DNA of 64,000 nt, taken from NCBI GenBank assembly GCA_965208575.1, contig CBDBOV010000002.1, positions 416,001 through 480,000 on the forward strand, in the 5' to 3' direction. How positions within the stretch are numbered: the stretch's first letter is position 1; each line of letters begins with the position of its first letter. This stretch comes from Spirochaetia bacterium (GTDB taxonomy: Bacteria; Spirochaetota; Spirochaetia; SZUA-6; Bin103). Below, one piece after another: positions 42,335-52,522 of the stretch. The notes under the pieces were generated by a model. That model saw only the letters and a program-made list of their open reading frames with translations, was not told the origin of the DNA and made no database searches. The position numbers and the translations under genes are program-made.

Positions 42335-42994
42335 GTGCGGGAACTGACGGATGGCGAGATGCTGGACGATGGACTGCGCCGGCTCGGCATGGGCGGCGAC
42401 CGGCGCCTGCGCGACCGGCTGCAACGGTACGCCGCGCTGATCGAGGCGGCCAACCCGGTGTACCGGCTGGTGGACGCGGATCGGCGGCGGCTGGTCTCCC
42501 ACCACCTGCTGGACAGCCTGGCGGCGGTGCCGGCGCTGCGCGAGGTCGAACCGCGCGCCACGCTGCTGGACGTGGGCAGCGGCGCCGGCCTGCCGGGCGT
42601 GCCGCTGGCCCTGGCCCTGGCCGGCACGCGGGTGATCCTGGTGGAGCGCAGCGCCCGGCGGGCCGCGTTCCTGAACCACGTGCGCCGCGAGTTGGCGCCG
42701 GCAGAGCTGGCCGTGGTCGCCCGCCCGCTGGCCGACGCGGCCCTGGCCCCGGTGGACGTCGTGACTTGGCGAGCGGTGGCGCCGCTGGCGCGCCTGCTGC
42801 CGGATCTGCTGCCGGTGCTGCACGCGCGGTCGACGGTTGCCCTGTACCAGGGCACCGCGGCGACCGTGCAGCGGGAACTGAAGGCCGCGCGCGAAGCGGC
42901 GGGTGCATTGCTGCGCGTGCAGGTGACCCGCCTTGCCGTCCCGCACCTGGACGCCGAGCGCCACCTCGTCCTGCTGCAAGGGTTAAGGAAGTGA
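42335..42994 (+). CDS. rsmG: 16S rRNA m7G527 methyltransferase
   Basis: HLLDSL; DVGSGAGLPG.PLA; VE....RAAFL; RAV; ERHLV; start uncertain. Confidence 0.9.
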   Translation: MRELTDGEMLDDGLRRLGMGGDRRLRDRLQRYAALIEAANPVYRLVDADRRRLVSHHLLDSLAAVPALREVEPRATLLDVGSGAGLPGVPLALALAGTRVILVERSARRAAFLNHVRRELAPAELAVVARPLADAALAPVDVVTWRAVAPLARLLPDLLPVLHARSTVALYQGTAATVQRELKAAREAAGALLRVQVTRLAVPHLDAERHLVLLQGLRK

Positions 42995-43384
42995 TTCCCG
43001 TTGCGGCAGGCGGGAGCGCGCGGTGCGCGGCACGCCGCCGCGGCGTGTTGCGCCGCCGCCGGCCTGCCGGCACCCGGTGGCTGCAGGGCGGCGCGCAGGG
43101 TGGCAGGTGCGCAACCTGGAACCATGTGTAGTGCTACGGTGCCGGCCCGCCATGAGGTGCTGAGCCGGGCCGGTCGGCACGCTGGACTTGGTGCCGACTT
43201 CCGCGAAACATACGGCAGGCATCCTTGAGGATGCTGCCCGACAACCCATGAGCAGTGCGTTCAACGTTCCTCCGCTGTCGCGTATCGGTGCACCGATCGC
43301 GCCGCACCGCCGCGGGCGCCGCTACCGCGAACTGATCGATCTTCGGGCGCCGGCAGCGAGCGAACGCGCCCCGGTGTCACTCGC

Positions 43385-44242
43385 ATGATGAGCTTCTGGC
43401 AGGCGGCGGCGCTGGGCGCGCTGCAGGGCATCACCGAATTCCTGCCGGTGTCCAGTTCCGGGCACCTGGTGCTGCTGCGCGAGGTGCTGGCGGTGGGCGA
43501 GGTGCCGCTGCTGTTCGACGTGCTGCTGCACCTGTCGACGCTGGCCGCGACGGTGGTGGTGTTCCGGACGCGGCTGGGCCGGCTGATTGCCGCGGCCATC
43601 GACCTGCTGCGCCCGCCGGCGCGGCGGCGGTGCGGGGCCGATGAGCGGCGTTTGGTGGGTCTGCTGCTGCTGTGCACGGTGGTGACGGGCGGCATCGGCG
43701 TGGCGTTCGGTTCAGTGTTCGGGCTGGTGCTGCTCGGGCCGCGCCAGGTGGCGGCGATGCTGCTGGTCACCGCGGCGCTGCTGCTCGCCGCCCGCTGGCT
43801 GCGCGGGGCCGCCGCCCCGCGCGCCGATGCGCCCGCCGAGGTACGCGCCGGCGCGCCGCGGGGTGCCGGCTGGCAGCCGCGCTGGCCGTGGGCGCTGCTG
43901 GTGGGCGTGGTGCAGGGGCTGGCGGTGATCCCCGGCATATCCCGCTCCGGCGCCACTATCGCGGCCGGCGTGCTGGCGGGAGCGGATCGCGAGACCGCGG
44001 CCGACTTCTCGTTCCTGGCCTCGGTGCCGGCCATCCTGGGCGCGCTGGCGGTGTCGCTGCCCGAGCTGTCCGCCCTGGAGGAGGCGGTCGACGCAACCGC
44101 GCTGGCCGCCGGCATGGCGGTGTCGTTCGCCGCCGGCTGGCTGGCGCTGACGGCGCTGCTGCGCATCGTGCGCCGCGGCCGGCTGCACCTGTTCTCCCTG
44201 TACCTGGTACCGGTCGGCATCATCGGCCTGACCGTGCTGTAG
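43385..44242 (+). CDS. uppP: Undecaprenyl-diphosphate phosphatase
   Basis: QGITEFLPVSSSGHL; PGISRSGATI; FSFL. Confidence 0.96.
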   Translation: MMSFWQAAALGALQGITEFLPVSSSGHLVLLREVLAVGEVPLLFDVLLHLSTLAATVVVFRTRLGRLIAAAIDLLRPPARRRCGADERRLVGLLLLCTVVTGGIGVAFGSVFGLVLLGPRQVAAMLLVTAALLLAARWLRGAAAPRADAPAEVRAGAPRGAGWQPRWPWALLVGVVQGLAVIPGISRSGATIAAGVLAGADRETAADFSFLASVPAILGALAVSLPELSALEEAVDATALAAGMAVSFAAGWLALTALLRIVRRGRLHLFSLYLVPVGIIGLTVL

Positions 44243-44379
44243 CGCGCTCCCCGGCCGGTGTCGAGGCTGCCGGTCGGGGCTCGGTTGGAGCGCCCGCATG
44301 CCGATACTTGGGATATGGGAACCCATGCGCAGCGGGCGGCGGCCGCGCCCTGCCCGCGCCCGGCAGCGGTACCGGCGCG

Positions 44380-46935
44380 ATGAACATTGCCAGGTGGACA
44401 CGGAGCTGGCGGAACTCCGGCCAGGGCATACAGCAGGTCTGCGCGGTGGCGCTGGCGGCCACCGGCACCTTTGCCCTCGCCTCGCTGATACCGTTCCTGG
44501 CGGCCGGGCGGCCGTCCACGGCGCCGTTTCCGCTCAACGTGCTGTACGCGCCCGCCTGGTTCCTGTTCGACTCGTTTCTCTGGTTCGGGCTGCTGATTCC
44601 CGTGCTCTGCTACGTGTACGTGATCGTGCTCTACAACGACCGCGTGACGCGCGAGGTGATGGCCTCGCTGGTCGCGGTGGGATTGTTCCTGCCGGTGCTC
44701 GGAGCGCTCAGCCACGTGTTGCTTGCCGAAGACGGCGCGTTCGCGGCCGTGGCGCTGGTGGAGGCGTTCGGCCGGGTGCCGGCGGCCATTCTGCTGATCC
44801 TGATCCTGATGCTGGAGAGCGTCGCCTTCTTCGCGCTGCTGAAGCGGTGGCGCGAGCGGGCGCGCCGTACCGCGTCCGAGCAGCCGCAGGACGCGCGGGA
44901 GGCTCGCGACCCGCACGAGGCGCACGAGGCGCACGGGGATACGGCTCCGGCCCGCACGGCGCCGGGCGGAAAGGAGGACCGCGACCGCACCGCGGATGGC
45001 CCGCCGCACTACGCGAACGGCGCCGCGCAGCCGTACGTGAACGGGCCGGCGCATGGCTACCTCGCCGGCGTCAACGGCGCGTCGCCGCCGCACCCCGACG
45101 GCGTGACGTCTTACGTCGACGGGGTCAACGGGACGGTCCCGCCGCCCGCGGGCGGCAATGAGGGCAACGAGGGCAATGAGTCCGTGGGCGAGTATGTAGA
45201 TGAGCCGGAGTACCCGGCCCACGACGGGTCCGCCGCCGTCCACGGCGGGCCGCCTACCCTGGCCGACGAGCCGCTGCCCGCGCGCGCCCTGCCCGAGGAA
45301 CCGGCGGCGTCCGCGGCACCCGGCAGCACGCAACCGGTCGAGGACACGGCCGCGGCCCTCGACCTGGCGCAACCGGACGGCTCCGAAGGCGAGCCGAACC
45401 CGGTGGCATTCGTGGTTCCGGCTGACGAGGAAGCGGAGGCCGAGCCGGACCCGGCGGCAAAGCCGGCCGCGAAGCCGCGCTCCGGGCGCCCCCGCCGCCG
45501 CGGCTACAGCGTGCCGCTGGAGATCCTCGACGAACACGAGTCGGAGGAGCCGTGGCAGGTGGAAAACGACACCCGCGAGGCGGCCGCCACGCTGATGACC
45601 ACGCTCGGCGAGTTTCGCATCGACGCCGAGGTCACCGGCGTGCGCCGCGGTCCGGTCATCACCATGTTCGAGATCCTGCCGGCGCCGGGGGTGAAGATCT
45701 CGCGCATCGTCAACCTGGCCGACAACATCGCCCTGCGCCTGGCGGCCTCGCGGGTGCGCATCGTGGCGCCGATTCCGGGCAAGCACGCGGTCGGCATCGA
45801 GGTGCCCAACCGCCACCGCGCCGTGGTCGGATTTCGCGACCTGGTCAGCCAGCGGGCGTTCCGGCCGGCACCGCGGTCGCTGGTCGACGGCGTGCCGATC
45901 GCGCTCGGCAAGGACATCACCGGCGAGACCCAGGTGATCGACCTGACGGCCACGCCACACCTGCTGATCGCGGGCGCCACCGGCGCCGGCAAGTCGGTGC
46001 TGGTCAACACACTGATCTGTTCGATTCTGTACTCGCGCACCCCGGAACAGGTGCGGCTGCTGCTGATCGATCCCAAGATCGTCGAGCTCAAGCTGTACAA
46101 CGACGTGCCGCACCTGCTCACGCCGGTGATCACCGACCCCAAGCGCGCGTTTCAGGCGCTGCAGTACTGCCTGTACGAGATGGAACGCCGCTACGCGCTG
46201 CTCGACCACCTCGGTGTGCGCGACATCCGTTCCTACAACCGCAAGCTGACCGAGCGCGACGACCCGCTCACCCATGGCCCGCTGCCTTACCTGGTGATCG
46301 TGATCGACGAGTTCGCCGACCTGATGGCCACCACCGGCAAGGAGCTGGAGGCGACCCTGGCGCGGCTGGCGGCGATGGCGCGCGCGGTGGGCATCCACAT
46401 CGTGCTGGCCACGCAGCGGCCCTCCATCGACGTGATCACCGGCCTGATCAAGGCCAACATCCCGTCGCGCATCGCGTTCATGGTGGCGAGCAAGTTCGAC
46501 TCGCGCATCATCATCGATGCGGTGGGCGCCGAGAAGCTGCTCGGGCGCGGCGACATGCTGTTCGTGCCGGCCTGGGACGCCAACCCGCTGCGCATCCAGG
46601 GTGCCCTGGTGTCGGAGGAAGAGGTGGAGCGGGTGACAGAGAAAGTGCGCGAACTGGGCGAGCCGGACTACATCGACGAGGACATCCTGTTCGACGACGA
46701 CGAGGCGGAGCTGGTCCTGGAGCCGGGAGCGGGCGACCCGATGATGGAGCAGGCGCTGGAGATCGTGGCCGGCGCCGGCAAGGCATCCGCCTCCTACCTG
46801 CAGCGCAAGCTCAAGATCGGCTACAACCGCGCCGCCCGCCTGGTCGAGGAGATGGAGCAGCGCGGCATCGTCGGTCCCGCCAACGGCAGCAAGCCGCGCG
46901 AAATCCTGCACCTGCCCAACCGCGACAAGAGCTGA
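44380..46935 (+). CDS. ftsK: DNA translocase FtsK
   Basis: N-terminal TMs; PHLLIAGATGAGKSV; IDEFADLM; LATQRPS; gamma domain LQRKLKIGYNRAARL. Confidence 0.96.
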   Translation: MNIARWTRSWRNSGQGIQQVCAVALAATGTFALASLIPFLAAGRPSTAPFPLNVLYAPAWFLFDSFLWFGLLIPVLCYVYVIVLYNDRVTREVMASLVAVGLFLPVLGALSHVLLAEDGAFAAVALVEAFGRVPAAILLILILMLESVAFFALLKRWRERARRTASEQPQDAREARDPHEAHEAHGDTAPARTAPGGKEDRDRTADGPPHYANGAAQPYVNGPAHGYLAGVNGASPPHPDGVTSYVDGVNGTVPPPAGGNEGNEGNESVGEYVDEPEYPAHDGSAAVHGGPPTLADEPLPARALPEEPAASAAPGSTQPVEDTAAALDLAQPDGSEGEPNPVAFVVPADEEAEAEPDPAAKPAAKPRSGRPRRRGYSVPLEILDEHESEEPWQVENDTREAAATLMTTLGEFRIDAEVTGVRRGPVITMFEILPAPGVKISRIVNLADNIALRLAASRVRIVAPIPGKHAVGIEVPNRHRAVVGFRDLVSQRAFRPAPRSLVDGVPIALGKDITGETQVIDLTATPHLLIAGATGAGKSVLVNTLICSILYSRTPEQVRLLLIDPKIVELKLYNDVPHLLTPVITDPKRAFQALQYCLYEMERRYALLDHLGVRDIRSYNRKLTERDDPLTHGPLPYLVIVIDEFADLMATTGKELEATLARLAAMARAVGIHIVLATQRPSIDVITGLIKANIPSRIAFMVASKFDSRIIIDAVGAEKLLGRGDMLFVPAWDANPLRIQGALVSEEEVERVTEKVRELGEPDYIDEDILFDDDEAELVLEPGAGDPMMEQALEIVAGAGKASASYLQRKLKIGYNRAARLVEEMEQRGIVGPANGSKPREILHLPNRDKS

Positions 46936-46959
46936 CCGCGGCGCCGGCCGGCACCGGAT

Positions 46960-47898
46960 TCACCCGGCGGGCAGGTCCAGTTCGCGGCGCAGGGCGCCGT
47001 CCAGGGTCGGTTCCAGCCAGCGGAAGCCGAGCTCGGCGAGCCGCGCCGGGACCACGGCCCTGCCGTTGAGGATGAGCTGGTCGCCCATCTCGCCGAACAG
47101 CAGCCGGATGGCGATGCCGGGAACGGGCGCGAACGCCGGGCGGCGCAGCACGGCGGCGAGCGTGCGGGTGAACTCGCGGTTGGTGGCCGGCTCGGGAGCC
47201 ACCACGTTGAAGGCGCCGTGCGCCTGCTCGTTGCGAATCAGGAAGTGCAGGGCGGCCACCGCGTCATCCAGCCCGATCCAGCTTATCGCCTGCCGGCCGC
47301 TGCCCACCACGCCGCCGGCCCCGAGCCGGAACACCGGCAGCAGCCGCTTCAGCATGCCCGCCTCGCTGCTCAACACCGGGCCCAGGCGGGCGTGCGCAAC
47401 GCGGATGCCGGCCGCGCGCGCCGGGTCGGCGGCCTGCTCCCAGGCGGCCGTCACCTCGCTCAGGAAGCCGTGACCGGCCGGCGCCGATTCGTCCGCGGCG
47501 CCGTCGCCGTCGTCGTAGTAGCCGATCGCGGACGCCGACACCAGCACCGCCGGCGGGCGGCGCAGCGATGCGAGCGCGCCGCACAGCAGGGCGGTGGAGG
47601 TGACGCGGCTGTCGCGGATGCGCTGCCGGCGCGCCGCGGTCCAGCGGCCGGCGCCGATGTTCTCGCCGGACAGGTGGATCGCCGCGTCGAACCCCTCCAG
47701 TCCGTCCGCGTCGAGTTGCCCGGCGGCGGGATCCCAGCGGATCTCGGCGGTAGACGCGGGCGTCCGCCTCACCAGGCGTACCACCCGGTGGCCGCCGCCC
47801 TCCAGCGACTCGGCGAGGGCACGGCCGATCAATCCCGACGCGCCGGAGATGAGTACGCGCAACGGATCCGTGGAGTGTTCACCGGTGGCCATGTCCAT
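46960..47898 (-). CDS. TIGR01777 family NAD-dependent epimerase
   Basis: ISGASGLIG; SASAIGYY; G.G.Q..SWI; L.RP. Confidence 0.9.
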   Translation of the reverse strand: MDMATGEHSTDPLRVLISGASGLIGRALAESLEGGGHRVVRLVRRTPASTAEIRWDPAAGQLDADGLEGFDAAIHLSGENIGAGRWTAARRQRIRDSRVTSTALLCGALASLRRPPAVLVSASAIGYYDDGDGAADESAPAGHGFLSEVTAAWEQAADPARAAGIRVAHARLGPVLSSEAGMLKRLLPVFRLGAGGVVGSGRQAISWIGLDDAVAALHFLIRNEQAHGAFNVVAPEPATNREFTRTLAAVLRRPAFAPVPGIAIRLLFGEMGDQLILNGRAVVPARLAELGFRWLEPTLDGALRRELDLPAG

Positions 47899-47966
47899 AC
47901 GCTACCGGAAAGCCGGCGTCGCAGCCACGCCGCGTGCGGACCGGTGGCGCGGGCAGCGGCGGCAGG

Positions 47967-48668
47967 TCAGGTGGCCGGCTTCATGGCGCCGACCGCCGAC
48001 GCGATGGCGGAGGCCGCCATGAAGGTGGAGGTGTGCTCGGAGTTGATCACCATGTGGTAGAGCGCGGTGTCGTCCCAGTTGACGTGATAGTTGCGCGATA
48101 CGAACGCGGACCGGCGCCGGTCGCTGGTGCGCACCAGGTGCAGCGCCTCGCGGAACGTGATGCCCTCCTCGCCCGCGTAGCGCTCGGCGCGGCTTTCCTC
48201 GGAGGCGACGATGCGTACCCGCAGCACGTCGGAGAAGTCGCGCAGCAGCACCATGCCGCCGCGCCCGACGACGATCACCCGGCCGCGTTCGCCGAGCCGG
48301 CGAATGGTCTGTTGAATGAGCCGGTGGTATTGCTGGCGGTCGAGAAAGTGCACCTCCTCGCCGATTTCGGGGTCGGAGGGCGGCACGAAGATGCCGCCCG
48401 GGCCGTGGTAGGACAGGTCGACCAGCGACGACGCGGAGGGCACGTTGGCCATGCTCTCCATGGTGAACCAGCGGGTCAGGAAACCGCGTACGCCGGGCTC
48501 CTCCACTTCGTCGATTTCAGCCACCTCTTCCGGATCGACGTGCGCCTCGCGCGCCACCTCGGTGATCAGCGCCTTGTCGACCACGTCGTAGCCGAGCAGT
48601 TCCGCGGCCCGGATGCCGATGGCGCGGGCGCCGCTGCCGAGTTGCCGGGAAATGGTTACCACTGCCAT
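47967..48668 (-). CDS. Cytidylate kinase-like family protein
   Basis: VVTISRQLGSG; VIVGRGG; D..R......Y...W.D...YH..IN. Confidence 0.88.
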   Translation of the reverse strand: MAVVTISRQLGSGARAIGIRAAELLGYDVVDKALITEVAREAHVDPEEVAEIDEVEEPGVRGFLTRWFTMESMANVPSASSLVDLSYHGPGGIFVPPSDPEIGEEVHFLDRQQYHRLIQQTIRRLGERGRVIVVGRGGMVLLRDFSDVLRVRIVASEESRAERYAGEEGITFREALHLVRTSDRRRSAFVSRNYHVNWDDTALYHMVINSEHTSTFMAASAIASAVGAMKPAT

Positions 48669-48799
48669 GTCACTCTCCCGCGCGCCGCCGATACCACCCC
48701 GCCAGGCGATGTCCGGGTGCGCGGTGCGGGCGCCGGGCGCACAAGGAGGGCCGGCAAACCGCGCGAACCGGGTGTGGCGGCTGACGGACAGCGCGCTTA

Positions 48800-48873
<74 letters not shown>

Positions 48874-48945
48874 GCGAGGAACCGGCATGGTACACGAACG
48901 CCATACCGGCTACTACCCCGAAAAACCGCGCCCGCCCGCCCGAAG

Positions 48946-50268
48946 TTACACCGCTCCGTGCGGCGCCGCTTCCGGTCCCGCCGGAAGCGTGGCGGCGTAG
49001 CGGTGCAGGGCGCGCAGGCGCTCGGTCAGGGTGGGGTGGGTGTAGTGGTAGGCGCTGTACCAGGGGTGTGGATGGGGATTGCTCAGGTTGTCGCGGCTGA
49101 GCGTGATGAGGGCGCCGGCCAGGGCGCCGGCGCCGCCGGTGGCGCGCGCGGCATAGCGGTCCGCCTCGTACTCGTGGCGCCGGATCCAGCCGTTGGCGGC
49201 CGGCTGCAGGAAGAAGGTGGCGGGGCCCGACAGCAGCGAGAGAATGACCAGCGCCGCGTGCGAACTCGGCTCGCCGGCGCCGGCGGCGTGGAAGCCGAAC
49301 GCCGCGAACAGCGCCGGCTGGTGCAGCAGCACGCTGATCAGCCACAGCCCGAGCAGGGTGAGCAGCAGGCTCAGGGCGACGTGCTTGAGGACGTGGCGCC
49401 GTTTCTCATGGCCGATCTCGTGCGCCAGCACCGCCTCCACCTGCGGCTCGTCGAGCGTGTTCAGCAGGGTGTCGAACAGCACGATGCGCTTGGCGCCGCC
49501 GAAGCCCGCGAAATAGGCGTTGCTGTGCTGCGAGCGCCGGCTGCCGTCCATCACCAGCACCGACCTGACCCGGAACCGCAGGCGTTCCGCCAGCGCCACC
49601 AGGCGCTGCTTGAGCGTGCCCTCGGCGAGCGGCCGGAACTTGTTGAACAGCGGCGCGATGAGCGGCTGGTACAGGTAGTTGACCAGCAGTTGGAAAGCGG
49701 CCACGAAGCAGAACGCCCAGACCCACCACAGCGCCCCGGTTTCGGCCATGAACCAGAACAGCCCGAGCAGCAGCGGTACGCCGAGGATCAGCGTGAGCAG
49801 CAGGCTCTTGAGCTGGTCGAGGAAGAAGGTGGCCATCGTCATGCGGTTGAAGCCGAACCGGGCCTCGATCACGAACTGGCCGTACAGGCGCAGGCCGAGT
49901 GTCAGCAACATGCTCGCCACCGCCAACAGCACCACGAACGCGGCCCCGGCCAGCAATGGCGAGGCGATGCCGTGCGCCGCCAGCCAGCCGGCGAGCGCGC
50001 GGTCGAGCGCGCCGAGGGCGCCGCCGGCCACCACCGCCAGCGTGACGGCGACGAGCAGCGCGCGGCGCACCAGGCCGAGGCGGCTGCGCGCGAGCTGGTA
50101 GTCGCGCATGCGCGCCACGGTGGCCGCGTCGAGTACCTCCTCCAACTCCGCGGGCGGCCGCGGGTGGCGGGCGCCGTGGCGCAGGTTGAGCAGGGTGAGC
50201 AGCGTCTCGCTGCCCTGCTGCACCAGGTACAGGACGATCCACAGCAGCAGAATGGCGCCGGCGTCCAT
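48946..50268 (-). CDS. M48 (Ste24-like) metallopeptidase
   Basis: FGFN; MDGSRRS.HSNAYF.G; HEIGH; EYEAD; HP. Confidence 0.93.
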   Translation of the reverse strand: MDAGAILLLWIVLYLVQQGSETLLTLLNLRHGARHPRPPAELEEVLDAATVARMRDYQLARSRLGLVRRALLVAVTLAVVAGGALGALDRALAGWLAAHGIASPLLAGAAFVVLLAVASMLLTLGLRLYGQFVIEARFGFNRMTMATFFLDQLKSLLLTLILGVPLLLGLFWFMAETGALWWVWAFCFVAAFQLLVNYLYQPLIAPLFNKFRPLAEGTLKQRLVALAERLRFRVRSVLVMDGSRRSQHSNAYFAGFGGAKRIVLFDTLLNTLDEPQVEAVLAHEIGHEKRRHVLKHVALSLLLTLLGLWLISVLLHQPALFAAFGFHAAGAGEPSSHAALVILSLLSGPATFFLQPAANGWIRRHEYEADRYAARATGGAGALAGALITLSRDNLSNPHPHPWYSAYHYTHPTLTERLRALHRYAATLPAGPEAAPHGAV

Positions 50269-50375
50269 CAACCGGCCCTGACAGCCCGTGCGGCGCGAGT
50301 CGGTCTCGGCCGCGGGCCACGGTTCCATGCGATTGCCACGTTGGCAACAAGTATATTCTATAATTCGGCGGCAGG

Positions 50376-51386
50376 ATGATGAGCTACGGCCCGCAACCGT
50401 ACCTGAATGCGCTCGGCTCGCGCTACGCGGCGCCCGACGGGGGCGGCGTGGGCGTGGAGGCGGGCGGCACGGCCGACCCGCGGCTCGATCCCTACTCGCG
50501 AGCCGTGATCGAAGCGGTCGACGCGGTGTCGCCGGCGGTGGTCAACCTCGATACCGCGGACGGCGCGGCCTCCGGATTCATCTTCACGCCCGACGGCTTC
50601 ATCCTCACCAACAGCCACGTGGTGGCCGACGCCGAGTCGCTGACCGCCACGCTCGCGGACGGGCGGCAGTTCGAGGCGCACCTGGTAGGCGCCGATCCGG
50701 AGACCGACCTTGCGGTGGTGCGGATCTCCGGCGACGACCTGGTGGCGGCGCCGCTCGGCGACTCCTCGGCGATCCGCGTGGGTCAACTGGTGGTCGCCAT
50801 CGGCAACCCGTACGGGTTCCAGTACACGGTGACCGCGGGCGTGGTGAGCGCGATGGGCCGCACGCTGCGATCCGGCGGCGGGCGCCAGGTGAACGACGTG
50901 ATCCAGACCGACGCCCCGCTCAACCCCGGCAACTCGGGCGGACCGCTGGTCACCTCCTACGGCGAGGTGGTGGGGGTCAACACGGCGGCCATCGTGCCGG
51001 CGCAGGGCATCTGCTTCGCGACCGCCATCAACACGGCCAAGTACGTGAGCATGTACCTGATGCGCGAAGGCCGCGTGCGGCGCAGCTACATCGGCATCGG
51101 CGGCCACAACGTCGCCATTTCCCGGCAGGTGGTGCGCCACCTGAAGCTGCGGGTGGAGACCGGGGTGATGGTGGAATCGGTCATGGTGCGCGGGCCGGCC
51201 GGGCGCGCCGGGCTGCTGCGCGGCGACGTGATCATTGCCTTCGGAGACCGCCCGATATCCGCAATCGACCAGCTCGACAAGCTGCTCGACGACCGCGCGG
51301 TGGGGCAGCCGACGCCGGTGACCGTGCTGCGCCGCGCCAGCGTGCGCCACCTCACCATCACCCCCGACGAATACGACGGCGGCTGA
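50376..51386 (+). CDS. HtrA-type serine protease with PDZ domain
   Basis: LTNSHVV; DLAV; IQTDA.LNPGNSGG; C-terminal PDZ. Confidence 0.93.
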   Translation: MMSYGPQPYLNALGSRYAAPDGGGVGVEAGGTADPRLDPYSRAVIEAVDAVSPAVVNLDTADGAASGFIFTPDGFILTNSHVVADAESLTATLADGRQFEAHLVGADPETDLAVVRISGDDLVAAPLGDSSAIRVGQLVVAIGNPYGFQYTVTAGVVSAMGRTLRSGGGRQVNDVIQTDAPLNPGNSGGPLVTSYGEVVGVNTAAIVPAQGICFATAINTAKYVSMYLMREGRVRRSYIGIGGHNVAISRQVVRHLKLRVETGVMVESVMVRGPAGRAGLLRGDVIIAFGDRPISAIDQLDKLLDDRAVGQPTPVTVLRRASVRHLTITPDEYDGG

Positions 51387-51494
51387 CCGCACCGACCGTC
51401 GGCAGGCGGTGCCGCAACGACAGCGGCACCAGCCGGCACATGCCGGGACAGCTCCGTGGTAGACAAACCCATATTTATGGCGCATGGTGGTCTG

Positions 51495-51746
51495 ATGAAG
51501 ACGACGATCGAAATTCCGGATCGGCTGTTCCGCGAAGTGAAGGTCAGCGCGGCCTCCCGGGGAGAGTCGCTCCGTCAGTTCTTCACGGAAGCAGTTGTCG
51601 AGAGACTGCGCCACGTGGACGCGCAATCGAGGAAGCCCTGGATGAAGCACTACGGCGCTCTCAGGGATTACTCGGACGAGTTGGACCGCATCGAGCGGAT
51701 CGTGGAGAATGAATTCGAGAGTGTCCGCCAGCACGATTGGGCATGA
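51495..51746 (+). CDS. VapB-like antitoxin
   Basis: MKTTIEIPD.LFR..K..AA..G.SL; coupled to a PIN gene. Confidence 0.8.
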   Translation: MKTTIEIPDRLFREVKVSAASRGESLRQFFTEAVVERLRHVDAQSRKPWMKHYGALRDYSDELDRIERIVENEFESVRQHDWA

Positions 51747-52120
51747 TCCTCGACACGAACGCCCTGTCCGCATTCCTGAAGGAGGATCGGGCGGTCCTGC
51801 GCCACGTCGACGACGCCGACGCATTCTGCGTACCGGTGATCGTGCTCGGTGAATACCGATATGGACTGTCAGGATCGAGGGATCGTGCTCAGCTCACCGC
51901 GAAACTTGACGCGCTGATTGCTGACGCGACTGTGCTCATGGTCGATGAGTTCACGACACGCGTGTATGCCGCGGTTCGCGCGGAGCTCAAGAGTGCGGGC
52001 ACACCGATCCCGGAGAACGACGTCTGGATCGCCGCGCTCGTTCGCCAGCACCACATGCCGCTGCTGACCCGGGATCGGCATTTCGACCAAGTCGCGCAGC
52101 TCGAGCGAGTGAGTTGGTAG
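51743..52120 (+). CDS. vapC: VapC PIN-domain toxin (intact)
   Basis: MILDTNAL; IVLGE; GTPIPENDVWIAA; TRDRHF. Confidence 0.9.
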   Translation: MILDTNALSAFLKEDRAVLRHVDDADAFCVPVIVLGEYRYGLSGSRDRAQLTAKLDALIADATVLMVDEFTTRVYAAVRAELKSAGTPIPENDVWIAALVRQHHMPLLTRDRHFDQVAQLERVSW

Positions 52121-52221
52121 CGGTGAGCGTCCCTGGGGCATGTCGGCGGCGTCCGCCGCCGTCGACATGCGAAATCCGCGGCTGACAACGGCGCGCGGGA
52201 CGCAGCATAATTGGCAGCGAT

Positions 52222-52512
52222 ATGGCCAGCATCGTTCCCATGGACCGAGAGGAGCTTCCCGCCGACTGCTACGTGTACAAGCACTCCACCGCTTGCCCGA
52301 TTTCGGCGGCGGCGGCGGCGGTCGTGCGCGACTACGTTTTTGACCGGCCGGTGTACTGGGTCAACGTGATCGAGCAGCGCCCGCTGTCCAACTGGGTCGC
52401 CGACGCTTACCGCGTGCGCCACCAGTCGCCGCAGCTCCTGAAGATCAGCGGCAGCCGCGTCGAGCGGCACTGGAGCCACTTCGACATCACCGCCGCCAAC
52501 CTGTCCTCCTGA
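52222..52512 (+). CDS. Monothiol thioredoxin-like protein (YtxJ/BrxC family)
   Basis: KHSTACPIS; V.EQRPLSN..A....V.HQSPQ; SH..I. Confidence 0.8.
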   Translation: MASIVPMDREELPADCYVYKHSTACPISAAAAAVVRDYVFDRPVYWVNVIEQRPLSNWVADAYRVRHQSPQLLKISGSRVERHWSHFDITAANLSS

Positions 52513-52522
52513 GAAACAACAA

